Assembly (NCBI GenBank): GCA_000991405.1
Contig: LBRL01000001.1
Span: 3,744-67,743, forward strand
Direction of reading: 5' to 3'
DNA: 64,000 nucleotides
DNA from: Candidatus Nomurabacteria bacterium GW2011_GWD2_36_14
GTDB taxonomy: Bacteria > Patescibacteriota > Minisyncoccia > Phycocordibacterales > UBA9973
The notes beneath the pieces were generated by a model. The model searched no databases and was not told the DNA's origin. It saw only the letters and a program-made list of their open reading frames with translations. Of this stretch, positions 1 through 9,014 are shown in pieces; the first letter of the stretch is position 1, and each line of letters begins with the position of its first letter. Both the position numbers and the translations under genes were made by a program.

Positions 1-2
1 CT

Positions 3-173
3 ACAGTAACAACAGAGAATACTTCTACATCAGATAGTAGCACTACTATAGGAGGCACAACAACTACTACACCGTCAGATGTTGTAGCTCCAGATTCAAT
101 TACCAGTGAAGTAGTAACTCCTGCTGTAGAAGCACCAGCTGAAAGTACCTCGGTTGTAAGTAGTACGTTATAA
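3..173 (+). CDS. C-terminal fragment of a Thr/Ser-rich (probably secreted) protein; the gene starts upstream of the window
   Basis: The open frame runs from the window edge to TAA at 171-173. Translation is ..TVTTENTSTSDSSTTIGGTTTTTPSDVVAPDSITSEVVTPAVEAPAESTSVVSSTL, with low-complexity T/S/V composition like the surface proteins downstream. Confidence 0.3.
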   Translation, partial: TVTTENTSTSDSSTTIGGTTTTTPSDVVAPDSITSEVVTPAVEAPAESTSVVSSTL

Positions 174-180
174 GATAAAA

Positions 181-1209
181 ATGATACATTCTTTTCATCA
201 GAAAAATAAAACGAAAAACAATAGATTACATTATTTTTTTTATGTAGCGATTTTTTTTGTTGTTGTATTCTTACCTATTTCGTATCTTTACGCGGCCCTT
301 TCTTGCTCGATTACTACTTCAGTGGCTTGTGGTTCTGATACGGTAATACTTCGAATGTCGGGAAGTACGAATGCTCATGCCGAGCTTCCAAGTCAGTCCA
401 CGGGGGCTTATGATAGTAACGTTGTTTGTTGTACTGGAGTGACAGGATTAGACAATTCTTGTGCCTCCAGCAACAAGGCAATTATTGCTCGACTCTCAGG
501 AGTGACCAATGCACATGTCGAGAAGAATACTGAAGCCAATGCCAACTACACACAGAATGCTTGTATGTCTAGTGCTTATGCTGGAGATGAAATAACTATT
601 GGATACCAAGCGACAAATTGTACAGGGTACGACACTACACTTTTTTCTATGGAGAAGACCCCAACCAATTCTATGGTTGGAAGTCCCGCTACTTATACCA
701 ACAAAGTTTGCGCCAAGGTTTATTCGCAATCAATTTCTTTTAATTTATCTTCATCCTCAGCTGGTTTTGGTAACTTAAATTCTTCTGGTTTACGCTATGC
801 GACTGCTGATGGGGTAGGAAGCTCGACAGAAGCTGAGTCTTATTCTTTGAGTGCCAGTACTAATGCTCCATCGGGTTATGTTCTTATGGTTAAAGGGTCC
901 GCTCCCTCCAAAGGGGCTATTGTTATTGATCCTATAGGTGGTACACCTACAACTCCCACACCAGGCTCGAAAGCTTTTGGTATTAGAGCTGTTGCGACGG
1001 GAGGGGCTGGTACTGTTGTTTCTCCTTATAACGGGTCAGGTTTTGCTTATGATGCCAGTGACACTAGCTTTACAACACTAGCTCAAGCTTCATCGGGGGA
1101 TGGGAATAGTACTTCTTATTCTGTCCGTTCAGTTGCCACTATAGATTCACTTTTAGATCCGGGTATTTATTCTACAAATTTGACATACATTGTTGTTGCC
1201 AACTTTTAA
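181..1209 (+). CDS. Secreted Cys-containing surface protein (paralog 1 of 3). Its C-terminal ~170 aa are homologous to the next two genes
   Basis: It has an N-terminal hydrophobic segment and internal repeats RMSGSTNAHAE / RLSGVTNAHVE. The C-terminal region shares the blocks FGNL.SSG, STNAP.GY, FGIRA.A.GG.G.V, YSVR..A.I and a ..NF end with ORFs 1309-2364 and 2382-3458. Confidence 0.55.
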   Translation: MIHSFHQKNKTKNNRLHYFFYVAIFFVVVFLPISYLYAALSCSITTSVACGSDTVILRMSGSTNAHAELPSQSTGAYDSNVVCCTGVTGLDNSCASSNKAIIARLSGVTNAHVEKNTEANANYTQNACMSSAYAGDEITIGYQATNCTGYDTTLFSMEKTPTNSMVGSPATYTNKVCAKVYSQSISFNLSSSSAGFGNLNSSGLRYATADGVGSSTEAESYSLSASTNAPSGYVLMVKGSAPSKGAIVIDPIGGTPTTPTPGSKAFGIRAVATGGAGTVVSPYNGSGFAYDASDTSFTTLAQASSGDGNSTSYSVRSVATIDSLLDPGIYSTNLTYIVVANF

Positions 1210-1308
1210 GCAAAACAGTGTATAACTTTTTGCTATATATGGTTATATTGTTGTATAATAGACATGTAACATAATTTATCTTTTATTATAACTGTCAATT
1301 ATTTTTTT

Positions 1309-2364
1309 ATGATTAAGAAACTCACGAGTTCCGTTTTAATTCTCGGGATTATAATAATAAATTTTAGTTTTATAACACCACCCATTGCGATGGCGGCCAG
1401 TTTAACCTCTCTATCAGACACCGTATCCAATTTGACAGCCAGCACTGTAGCCAACCACGTTATCAGATTCACTACTCCGACCGGTGTTCCTGCAAGTGGA
1501 ACGATTATTCTTACTTTCGATAATGGTACCAATACAGGATCTGTTGATTATACAGATGTGGACATTCAAGATGATGGTGTTGATGTTGCTGTTGCAGCAA
1601 CTCCTGTAACTACAACGTGGGGAGTAGCCAGGACATCATCCACTGTTATTACTCTTACCAATGGTTCTGCTGCTGTTGCAGGCGGAAGTGTCATTACTAT
1701 AGATATAGGTACCAATGCAACTTATGGAGTTACAGGTACCCATCAGATTACCAACGGTACTGCGGGTACGACAGTTCTTCGTGTTAGTGGAAGTTTCGGA
1801 GATACAGGGGCCATGTCTACTGCCATTGTTTCCAATGGTGTTGTTTCTTTGTCAGCTGAAGTTCTAGCTTCTCTTACTTTTACTGTTTCTGATAACACCA
1901 TTTACTTTGGTAACTTGAAATCATCTGGTAGTTCATGTTGGGCACAAGGTACTGATCCTGGATATGTCACTTGTCCTACTGTCGCTGAGGCTGAGGCCTT
2001 CAATATGACCGCTGCCACAAATGCACCAACTGGTTATACTATAAGTGTCCAAGGGCCTACTCTAACCTCAGGTTCCAACACTATTACAGCTCTAGCTTCA
2101 GCCACTGCTCCTTCTATTGGTAGTGAACAATTTGGTATACGAGCCAATGCATCAGGTGGAAGTGGAGCCGTAAATGCAACTTATGGCACAGCAGGACAAT
2201 ATGCTTTCACTGCCAATGCTACGACAGCAGTAGCTGTGGCGACAGCCTCAGCTCCTTCGGCTACGACTACATACTCCGTTCGTTATATCGCCAACATTTC
2301 TCCCACAACAGAAGCAGGTAGTTATACCGCGGCACATACTTACATTGCAACGGGTAACTTTTGA
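1309..2364 (+). CDS. Secreted surface protein (paralog 2 of 3), function unknown
   Basis: It has a Sec-type signal peptide (MIKKLTSSVLILGIIIINFSFITPPIAMAA). It is ~65% identical along its whole length to the next ORF and ends in the shared ..TGNF tail. It is T/S/G/A-rich. Confidence 0.6.
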   Translation: MIKKLTSSVLILGIIIINFSFITPPIAMAASLTSLSDTVSNLTASTVANHVIRFTTPTGVPASGTIILTFDNGTNTGSVDYTDVDIQDDGVDVAVAATPVTTTWGVARTSSTVITLTNGSAAVAGGSVITIDIGTNATYGVTGTHQITNGTAGTTVLRVSGSFGDTGAMSTAIVSNGVVSLSAEVLASLTFTVSDNTIYFGNLKSSGSSCWAQGTDPGYVTCPTVAEAEAFNMTAATNAPTGYTISVQGPTLTSGSNTITALASATAPSIGSEQFGIRANASGGSGAVNATYGTAGQYAFTANATTAVAVATASAPSATTTYSVRYIANISPTTEAGSYTAAHTYIATGNF

Positions 2365-2405
2365 TTATTATTAGTTAATTATTGTTATTATTAATTTTAT
2401 TTTTT

Positions 2406-3458
2406 ATGATTAAAAAAATTTTGAGTTTTGTGTTAACGGTCGGAATGGTTGTTATAAATTTTGGATTTATAACACCACAGGTGGTTTCTGCTGCTAATTT
2501 GACTTCTATGTCAGACGTAGTGTCAAATCTAACAGCAAGTGCAGTTGCCAACCATACCATAACCTTTACAACACCTACAGGTCTTGCTTCTGGGGCAACT
2601 CTTATCCTTACCTTTGATAACAGTACCAGTATTGATGCTGCATTAACTTATGCAGACGTTGACTTTAGATATGCTTCCACCGATGTTACTTTGGCGGCGG
2701 CTCCATCTGGAGCAACTATGGGAGTAGTTCGTACTTCAGCAACGGTTCTTACATTTACCAATGGAACTACTGTGATTGCTGGAGGTTCAGTAATAGTGAT
2801 TAAGATAGGTACCAATACAACTATAGGTGGTACTGGAACTCACCAAATAACCAACGGTACTGCTGGCACTACACTCCTTCGTGTTAGTGGCACATTTGGA
2901 GATACAGGAGCTATGTCAATGTCAATAATTTCAAATAGTATCGTAGCTGTCTCAGCTGAAGTTCTCTCCAGTCTTTCCTTTACTGTTTCCAGTAATGCTA
3001 TTTACTTTGGTAACTTAAGAACGGCTGGTGCTTGTTTTGCTCAAAATACAAATCCAGGCTATGTAACTTGTCCGACTACAACAGAAACTGAAGCTTTCAA
3101 TATGACAGCTGGAACAAATGCTACAGCTGGTTATACTATAAGTGTCCAAGGTGACACTCTGACCTCAGGAGCCAATACTATTACAGCCCTAGCTTCAAAC
3201 ACGGCTTCTTCTCCTGGTAGTGAACAATTTGGATTGAGAGCAACAGCTACAGGTGGAGGAGGTGCAGTTCAGGCTCCATATGCAGCCGCTGGTTATGCTT
3301 ATACAGGCACAACATCAACTCCAGCCACAGTGGCTACTGCTTCAGCTCCATCCGCTACGACTACATATTCCGTTCGTTATTTAGCCAACATTTCAGCTGT
3401 AACAGAAGCAGGAAGTTATTCTACCTCTCATACTTATGTAGCAACAGGTAACTTCTAA
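2406..3458 (+). CDS. Secreted surface protein (paralog 3 of 3), function unknown
   Basis: The start was moved to the Met of MIKKILSFVL at 2406, which matches the paralog 2 N-terminus. It is collinear with paralog 2: SNLTAS.VANH.I.FTTPTG, LRVSG.FGDTGAMS, YFGNL, GYVTCPT, GSEQFG(I/L)RA, TTTYSVRY.ANIS, ATGNF. Confidence 0.6.
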   Translation: MIKKILSFVLTVGMVVINFGFITPQVVSAANLTSMSDVVSNLTASAVANHTITFTTPTGLASGATLILTFDNSTSIDAALTYADVDFRYASTDVTLAAAPSGATMGVVRTSATVLTFTNGTTVIAGGSVIVIKIGTNTTIGGTGTHQITNGTAGTTLLRVSGTFGDTGAMSMSIISNSIVAVSAEVLSSLSFTVSSNAIYFGNLRTAGACFAQNTNPGYVTCPTTTETEAFNMTAGTNATAGYTISVQGDTLTSGANTITALASNTASSPGSEQFGLRATATGGGGAVQAPYAAAGYAYTGTTSTPATVATASAPSATTTYSVRYLANISAVTEAGSYSTSHTYVATGNF

Positions 3459-3483
3459 TTATTATATATTTCTTGGTAATTAA

Positions 3484-4509
3484 ATGAAAATTAAAAAAAC
3501 AAAATTCAGTTTAATATTTATCGCGGTAATCATCATATCTTTTGTTTATTGCAATAATAGTGCTCAAGCTTTGACTATTTCACCAGCACGTATAGAAGTG
3601 AGTGGAGACCCTGGGACAGTTATCAGTAAAGAGATCACTTTATTGAACGATAGTAAGGCAGGAGAAGAAACTTACTATGTTTCTTATTCCAACTTTGAAG
3701 CTCAAGGCGAGACAGGAAGTCCTTTATTTGTAGAACCTAAGGGCGATCTTGGTACATGGATGAACGCAGGTCAGTCAGTAACTCTTAGGGCCAATGAATC
3801 CAAAAAGATTCTCCTAACTATAACAATACCTCAGGATGCATATTCTGGTGGACACTTTGCTGTTGTTTTCTTTGGCAACAATCCCGACAACGGTGGACAA
3901 GTTTCAGTTGGGGCAAAGACGGGAACCCTCGTTCTTTTAACTGTCAACGGTGATGTTTTAGAAGCCGGAGGTCTTTCCTCTTTTAATACCAAGAATCATA
4001 AATTGTTTTACAATACCTTACCTGTTTCCTTGGAGTATCGATGGAAGAATGATGGAAACGATCGTGTAAAGCCGGATGGGAAAGTTACTATTAGAAATAT
4101 ATTCTATATTCCAGTAGCTCATATAGACGCGAATGCTGTCTCAGGTAATATCTTGCCTCATAGTACTCGTCTTTTTAATGTTGAATGGTTGAAATATAAA
4201 TCTCCTAAAGACGAAGTTGTCAGTCGTTCGTTTCTTGGTTCATTTTTTGAGCGCGTAGATTATCAATGGAAGAACTTTGCTGTCGGACCTTATCTTGCGC
4301 ATCTAGATCTTAATTATGGCAAAGACAATCTTCACAGTAGTAAAACCTTATTATTTTTTGTCTTTCCTTGGCAATTGTTGATTATTATTTTGGTGGTTCT
4401 AATTATTGTATTTTATATTGGAAGGAAACTATTGAAATCATACAATCAACGTATTATCGAGAAAGCTCGCTTGGATATCAATACTCCCAAGCAAGCTAAT
4501 CATGCTTAG
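3484..4509 (+). CDS. Secreted beta-sandwich-like protein with a C-terminal transmembrane anchor. It resembles DUF916-type cell-surface proteins from Firmicutes WxL/Csc surface loci
   Basis: It has a signal peptide. ISPARIEVSGDPG...TLLNDS...SGGHFAVVFFG matches the DUF916-like pattern (V.V.P...L.N.S ... GG..f). The C-terminal hydrophobic stretch LLFFVFPWQLLIIILVVLIIVFYIGRK is followed by basic residues. Confidence 0.4.
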   Translation: MKIKKTKFSLIFIAVIIISFVYCNNSAQALTISPARIEVSGDPGTVISKEITLLNDSKAGEETYYVSYSNFEAQGETGSPLFVEPKGDLGTWMNAGQSVTLRANESKKILLTITIPQDAYSGGHFAVVFFGNNPDNGGQVSVGAKTGTLVLLTVNGDVLEAGGLSSFNTKNHKLFYNTLPVSLEYRWKNDGNDRVKPDGKVTIRNIFYIPVAHIDANAVSGNILPHSTRLFNVEWLKYKSPKDEVVSRSFLGSFFERVDYQWKNFAVGPYLAHLDLNYGKDNLHSSKTLLFFVFPWQLLIIILVVLIIVFYIGRKLLKSYNQRIIEKARLDINTPKQANHA

Positions 4510-5302
4510 AATTCTATTAAAAAATATTCTCATATGTTTTTCATTATTTGTGTTTTTGATTCCACAAGTACTTTTTGCTGATGGGTCAGCAACTGTCACT
4601 ATCTCAGCTATGGTTGGAGTATCTGCTCCAGTATCTCCAGATGAAGGTGGTGGAAGCGGAAGTGGCGTGGGTGGCGTATTGGTAACCATACCAGATAGCC
4701 CAACGGTTATAAATTTTTCTGGTTTTGCGTACCTTTTCTCCAGTGTTTATATTTTAATAGATGGCCAAGCTATCATGGCAACAACCCCCGATAAAACGGC
4801 TCATTTTTCAGCATCAATTTCAGGACTACAAGCTGGGACTTACAATTTCTCCATTTATGGAGAGGATGATAATGGGAAGAAATCTTCTGTTTTATCATTT
4901 CCGATAATTGTGACCAAGTCTAATATTATCAATATTAGTAACATATTTTTATCTAGAACTCTTGATTTAGATAATAATGAAATTAAAACGGATACTAATC
5001 TAGTAGATATCCTTCCCAAGAATGATTCTCTAAAGACAAAACCTCCTCTGGAAGGGAAAACAACGGAAGACCAAGCCCTCGACCCTCTTTTAAATAGAGA
5101 CACAACTATACCTAACAATGGAGTTAATTATTACGTATCAAGGGTGGATTTCAATAGCGATAATCATATTGATTTAAAGGACTTCTCTGTGCTTGTTAGT
5201 TGGTATACGAAACCAAAACCTCCAAGGGGTATTGATCTAAATGATGACGGCAAGATTACCTTAGCAGACTTTAGTATTATGGCATCTCATTGGACTGATT
5301 AA
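4502..5302 (+). CDS. Secreted protein with a C-terminal dockerin domain (two Ca-binding repeats)
   Basis: It has a signal peptide. The C-terminus has two EF-hand-like dockerin repeats: DFNSDNHIDLKDFSVLVSWY and DLNDDGKITLADFSIMASHW. Both fit DxNxDGxxxxxD followed by an aromatic residue. Confidence 0.7.
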   Translation: MLRILLKNILICFSLFVFLIPQVLFADGSATVTISAMVGVSAPVSPDEGGGSGSGVGGVLVTIPDSPTVINFSGFAYLFSSVYILIDGQAIMATTPDKTAHFSASISGLQAGTYNFSIYGEDDNGKKSSVLSFPIIVTKSNIINISNIFLSRTLDLDNNEIKTDTNLVDILPKNDSLKTKPPLEGKTTEDQALDPLLNRDTTIPNNGVNYYVSRVDFNSDNHIDLKDFSVLVSWYTKPKPPRGIDLNDDGKITLADFSIMASHWTD

Positions 5303-5308
5303 ATATTT

Positions 5309-6199
5309 ATGAGAAAAATTATAATATTTACAATCTTTTTTATCTTAAATTTATTTATAACAAATAAGATATTTGCTGCCACTTTGACATTAGTTTCTTC
5401 AAAGGAATCTCTTGGTGTTGGTGAACAATTTTACATGGATCTCATGTTAGACCCAGAAGGAAAATCATTAAATGCCATAGAGGGAAATATTTCATTCTCG
5501 AGCGATTATGTTTCTTTCGTTCGAGCTGAGGAAGGTAAATCCATTGTCAGTCTGTGGGTAGAGAAACCAAAACTAAATAATATTAACGATAATTCTATTA
5601 ATTTCTCTGGGATTATACCCAATGGATTTAGTGGTGTTATTGATCCATTTAATCCTAAATATAAATTATCAGTCTTAGTACTTCGTTTTGTTTTTGAAGC
5701 TAAAAAGCCAGGAATAGCCAACTTTTCTTCCTTGCCTTTTTCTTTATATCTAAACGATGGATTAGGTACCGAGATAAAAGCGCTCCCCGTTAATATGTCA
5801 CTCAATATTGATAATTTTGTTTTTCATTACACATATGAGAATAAGAATGAAAGCATTCCAACCTTAGAAGCACATGTCGTACGTACTCCAAATATTTTTA
5901 ACAACAAGTATACTATCATTTTTGATGCTAGAGATAAGGAAGTAGGAATAAAAAGTGTATTTATAAAAGAAGGTAACAGCGAATGGAAAGAAATAGAAAG
6001 TCCATATAAACTTGAAGATCAATCTCGTCATAGTGACATCACCTTACAAGCTATCAACTTTTCTGAAGCTAGTATTATTATGAAGATTGATAAAGTACCA
6101 TATAGTATAAAGTTTTATATTCAAATAATTATTATTATTCTTATTGTTACTATTTCTTCTATTATTTTAATTCGAAAGAGATATCTTAAAGATAAATAA
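5309..6199 (+). CDS. Cohesin-like domain protein with a C-terminal transmembrane anchor (putative membrane-bound scaffoldin)
   Basis: It has a signal peptide. LTLVSSKESLGVGEQFYMDLMLDPEGKSLNAIEGNISFSSDYVSFV..GKSI fits the cohesin N-terminal strand pattern (V.V....V..G..F.V.V......gi.a..f.l.yd...L). The C-terminal segment FYIQIIIIILIVTISSIILIRKRY is a membrane anchor. Confidence 0.5.
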   Translation: MRKIIIFTIFFILNLFITNKIFAATLTLVSSKESLGVGEQFYMDLMLDPEGKSLNAIEGNISFSSDYVSFVRAEEGKSIVSLWVEKPKLNNINDNSINFSGIIPNGFSGVIDPFNPKYKLSVLVLRFVFEAKKPGIANFSSLPFSLYLNDGLGTEIKALPVNMSLNIDNFVFHYTYENKNESIPTLEAHVVRTPNIFNNKYTIIFDARDKEVGIKSVFIKEGNSEWKEIESPYKLEDQSRHSDITLQAINFSEASIIMKIDKVPYSIKFYIQIIIIILIVTISSIILIRKRYLKDK

Positions 6200-6314
6200 A
6201 GTCTTTGTTTATAAGGATAAAATCATCATTTTAGTACTAGCTTTTAAGGTGATTTTTTGCTATAATATACACGTAAGTTATCCATTTTAGTGGATATTTT
6301 AAATTTATATTTAC

Positions 6315-8444
6315 ATGAAAAAAGAAGAAAAAAAGGTTAAAAAAGAGGGAAGTTATGGAGCAGATCAGATATCGGTTTTGGAGGGTCTAGAGCCTGTCAG
6401 ACGCCGTCCGGGTATGTATATCGGATCTACTGGCGTAGATGGTCTTCATCATTTGGTATGGGAAATTTTCGACAACTCACGCGACGAAGCGATGGGAGGA
6501 TTTTGTGACCATATTGAAGTTACAATGCTTCCCGACAATTCTGTCCGAGTCGTGGACAACGGCCGAGGTATTCCAGTAGATATTCATTCCAAGACGAAAG
6601 TTTCAGCCTTAGAAACTGTTATGACGACTCTTCATGCCGGAGGCAAATTCGGAGGTGATGATAGTGGCTACAAAGTTTCAGGCGGTCTTCACGGAGTAGG
6701 TGCTTCTGTTGTGAACGCACTTTCTATTTACACTAAGGCCGAAGTTCACAAAGATGGAGGCAAATATGTCCAAGAATATTCGAAAGGGTTAAAGAAAGCT
6801 TCTGTCAAGAAAGTTGGAAGTACAAAGAATCATGGTACCATTATTGCTTTTCAACCAGATGAAGAAATTTTCAAACAAGTTAAGTTTGACTGGGATACAG
6901 TAGTTGCTCATCTACGTCAGCAAGCTTACTTGGTGAAGGGCTTACGTATAGATATTATAGATGCACGAGAGTGGGACCCTATAACAGGAGGCAAGGGTAA
7001 GAGTAACGACTACGAGAATGCTTTCTGGTTTAGAGAGTTAGAGCTCGAAGTCCCTTCCACCACTTTTTATTTTGAAGGAGGACTTGTGTCCCTTGTGAAG
7101 TTTTACAACAAAGTCGAGAAGCCAATTCACTCGACTGTATTTTATGTCGAGAAAGAAGCTGATGGTGTAGGAGTAGAAGTTGCATTGCAGTATGTAGATA
7201 ATTTTAGTTCAACCATTATCCCTTTTGCGAACAATATTCACAATCCTGAGGGAGGTACACATGTTACAGGATTCAAGACTGCCTTAACCCGCGTTATCAA
7301 TACCTATGGCAAGAAGAATAATCTTATCAAAGAAGCCGATGGTGGATTCACTGGGGACGATGTCTTAGAAGGTCTTATGGCTGTTGTATCTGTGAAGCTT
7401 CGAGAAATCCAATTCGAAGGTCAGACGAAAGCCAAGCTTGGCTCGACAGAGGCTCAAGGTGCTGTAGCTACAGTCTTTGGTGAAGCTTTTGCATCATTCT
7501 TAGAAGAGAACCCAGATGAAGCAAAATCTATGATTAGTAAGTCTTTGCTTGCTTTGCGTGCTCGTAAGGCCGCTAAAGCAGCCAAGGATTCAATATTGAG
7601 AAAGGGTGCTCTTGAAGGCATGACTCTTCCGGGCAAGCTAGCCGATTGTCAGGTCAAAGATGCTGAAAGTGGAGAACTCTTCATTGTGGAGGGAGATTCC
7701 GCTGGTGGTACAGCCAAGATGGGACGAGATAGAAAGACTCAAGCTATCCTTCCTCTAAGAGGTAAAATTTTAAATGTTGAACGTGCTCGATTGGATAGAA
7801 TGCTCGGAAGTGAACAGATTAAGAATCTAGTTATAGCTATGGGGACATCCATTGGGGATACTTTTGATTTAGAAAAAATGCGTTATCACAAGATAATCCT
7901 TGCAACCGATGCCGACGTGGACGGAGCTCACATTCGTACACTTATACTTACTCTCATGTATCGTTACTTCCGTCCAGTCTTAGATGCTGGGTATGTCTAT
8001 ATTGCTCAGCCACCACTATTCAAGATCAAGATTGGTAAAGAAATTTCATATGCATATACCGATGAAGAACGCGATAAGATTCTCGGCAAAGATGCTCCTT
8101 CTTTAGAAGATTTATTAACTGAATCAGCCAACGAAGAGGGAAGTGAAGAAGTTGAAGAAGAAGAGGAAGTCGCCTCGAGGGCGGCAGTCCGAGAAGGCGG
8201 GAAGGAAGACGTTAAAAAACAGTCTAGTAAGATTCACATTCAGCGATATAAAGGTCTCGGAGAAATGAATTCCGATGAACTCTGGGAAACGACCATGGAC
8301 CCTGCTCGTCGAATTCTCAAGCAAGTCTCTGTAGTAGATGCCGAAGATGCCAACAAGGTCTTCGATATGCTCATGGGCTCTGAAGTTCCTCCTCGCAAAT
8401 CCTTCATCACTTCCCACGCCAAAATGGCCAATCTAGACATATAA
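6315..8444 (+). CDS. gyrB: DNA gyrase subunit B
   Basis: Motifs present are the GHKL ATPase LHHLVWEIFDNSRDEAMGG, the Toprim block EL(F)IVEGDSAGG, and PLRGKILNVE. There is an acidic insertion EEGSEEVEEEEEV near the C-terminus. Confidence 0.95.
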   Translation: MKKEEKKVKKEGSYGADQISVLEGLEPVRRRPGMYIGSTGVDGLHHLVWEIFDNSRDEAMGGFCDHIEVTMLPDNSVRVVDNGRGIPVDIHSKTKVSALETVMTTLHAGGKFGGDDSGYKVSGGLHGVGASVVNALSIYTKAEVHKDGGKYVQEYSKGLKKASVKKVGSTKNHGTIIAFQPDEEIFKQVKFDWDTVVAHLRQQAYLVKGLRIDIIDAREWDPITGGKGKSNDYENAFWFRELELEVPSTTFYFEGGLVSLVKFYNKVEKPIHSTVFYVEKEADGVGVEVALQYVDNFSSTIIPFANNIHNPEGGTHVTGFKTALTRVINTYGKKNNLIKEADGGFTGDDVLEGLMAVVSVKLREIQFEGQTKAKLGSTEAQGAVATVFGEAFASFLEENPDEAKSMISKSLLALRARKAAKAAKDSILRKGALEGMTLPGKLADCQVKDAESGELFIVEGDSAGGTAKMGRDRKTQAILPLRGKILNVERARLDRMLGSEQIKNLVIAMGTSIGDTFDLEKMRYHKIILATDADVDGAHIRTLILTLMYRYFRPVLDAGYVYIAQPPLFKIKIGKEISYAYTDEERDKILGKDAPSLEDLLTESANEEGSEEVEEEEEVASRAAVREGGKEDVKKQSSKIHIQRYKGLGEMNSDELWETTMDPARRILKQVSVVDAEDANKVFDMLMGSEVPPRKSFITSHAKMANLDI

Positions 8445-8510
8445 AAAGTAGTAGAAAGTTGTAAAGTTGTAAAGTTTATAAAGTAGAAAATATAAATTTT
8501 AATTTATAAA

Positions 8511-8948
8511 ATGATTTATAATGAACAGCCAAATAATTTTATCCCAGACATAGAAGTCGTTGGTTGTTTAGTTGAGTGTGATGGCAAGATACTTTTACTT
8601 CATCGACATGAGTACAAGTCAGAAGGCGGTAAGTGGGGTATTCCAGCTGGCAAAATAGACAAAGAAGATACAAGCAAAGAATCTGCTTTAACAAGAGAAA
8701 TATTTGAAGAAACAGGATTAAGAATAAAAGAAGAAGATCTTAATTTTCACAGGACTTTCTTTGTAGAATATCCTAATAAAAAATATTTTTATCATTACCA
8801 TAAAACAACACTTAGAGGAGAGGCAGAAATTACTATTGAGAAGAATGAACATCAAGACTTTATTTGGGTCACCCCACAAGAAGCCTTAACCATGCCCCTT
8901 ATTACCCACGAAGACCACTGTTTAAAAGATTATTTTAGAATTAAGTAA
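8511..8948 (+). CDS. NUDIX hydrolase
   Basis: The Nudix box is GKWGIPAGKIDKEDTSKESALTREIFEETGL (Gx5Ex7REUxEExGU). Confidence 0.8.
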   Translation: MIYNEQPNNFIPDIEVVGCLVECDGKILLLHRHEYKSEGGKWGIPAGKIDKEDTSKESALTREIFEETGLRIKEEDLNFHRTFFVEYPNKKYFYHYHKTTLRGEAEITIEKNEHQDFIWVTPQEALTMPLITHEDHCLKDYFRIK

Positions 8949-8951
8949 AAA

Positions 8952-8985
8952 TTACAATTAAGAAACGGCCGTTTCTTAATTGTAA
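8952..8985. repeat. 34-bp perfect palindrome ttacaattaagaaacgg|ccgtttcttaattgtaa; member 1 of a two-copy family flanking the PaaX-like gene
   Basis: Read directly from the sequence. It has a 17-bp perfect stem and lies 4 nt after the NUDIX stop. Confidence 0.8.
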
Positions 8986-9014
8986 AATGATAATATTAGG
9001 GTTATAATATTATC

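Noticed and set aside
8445-8510. Short direct repeats gtaaagtt gtaaagtt after gyrB and attgttaaatcatat x2 at 21810-21845
   Set aside because: These are low-complexity AT-rich tandem duplications of 8-15 bp with no partner elsewhere. They are likely slippage products.
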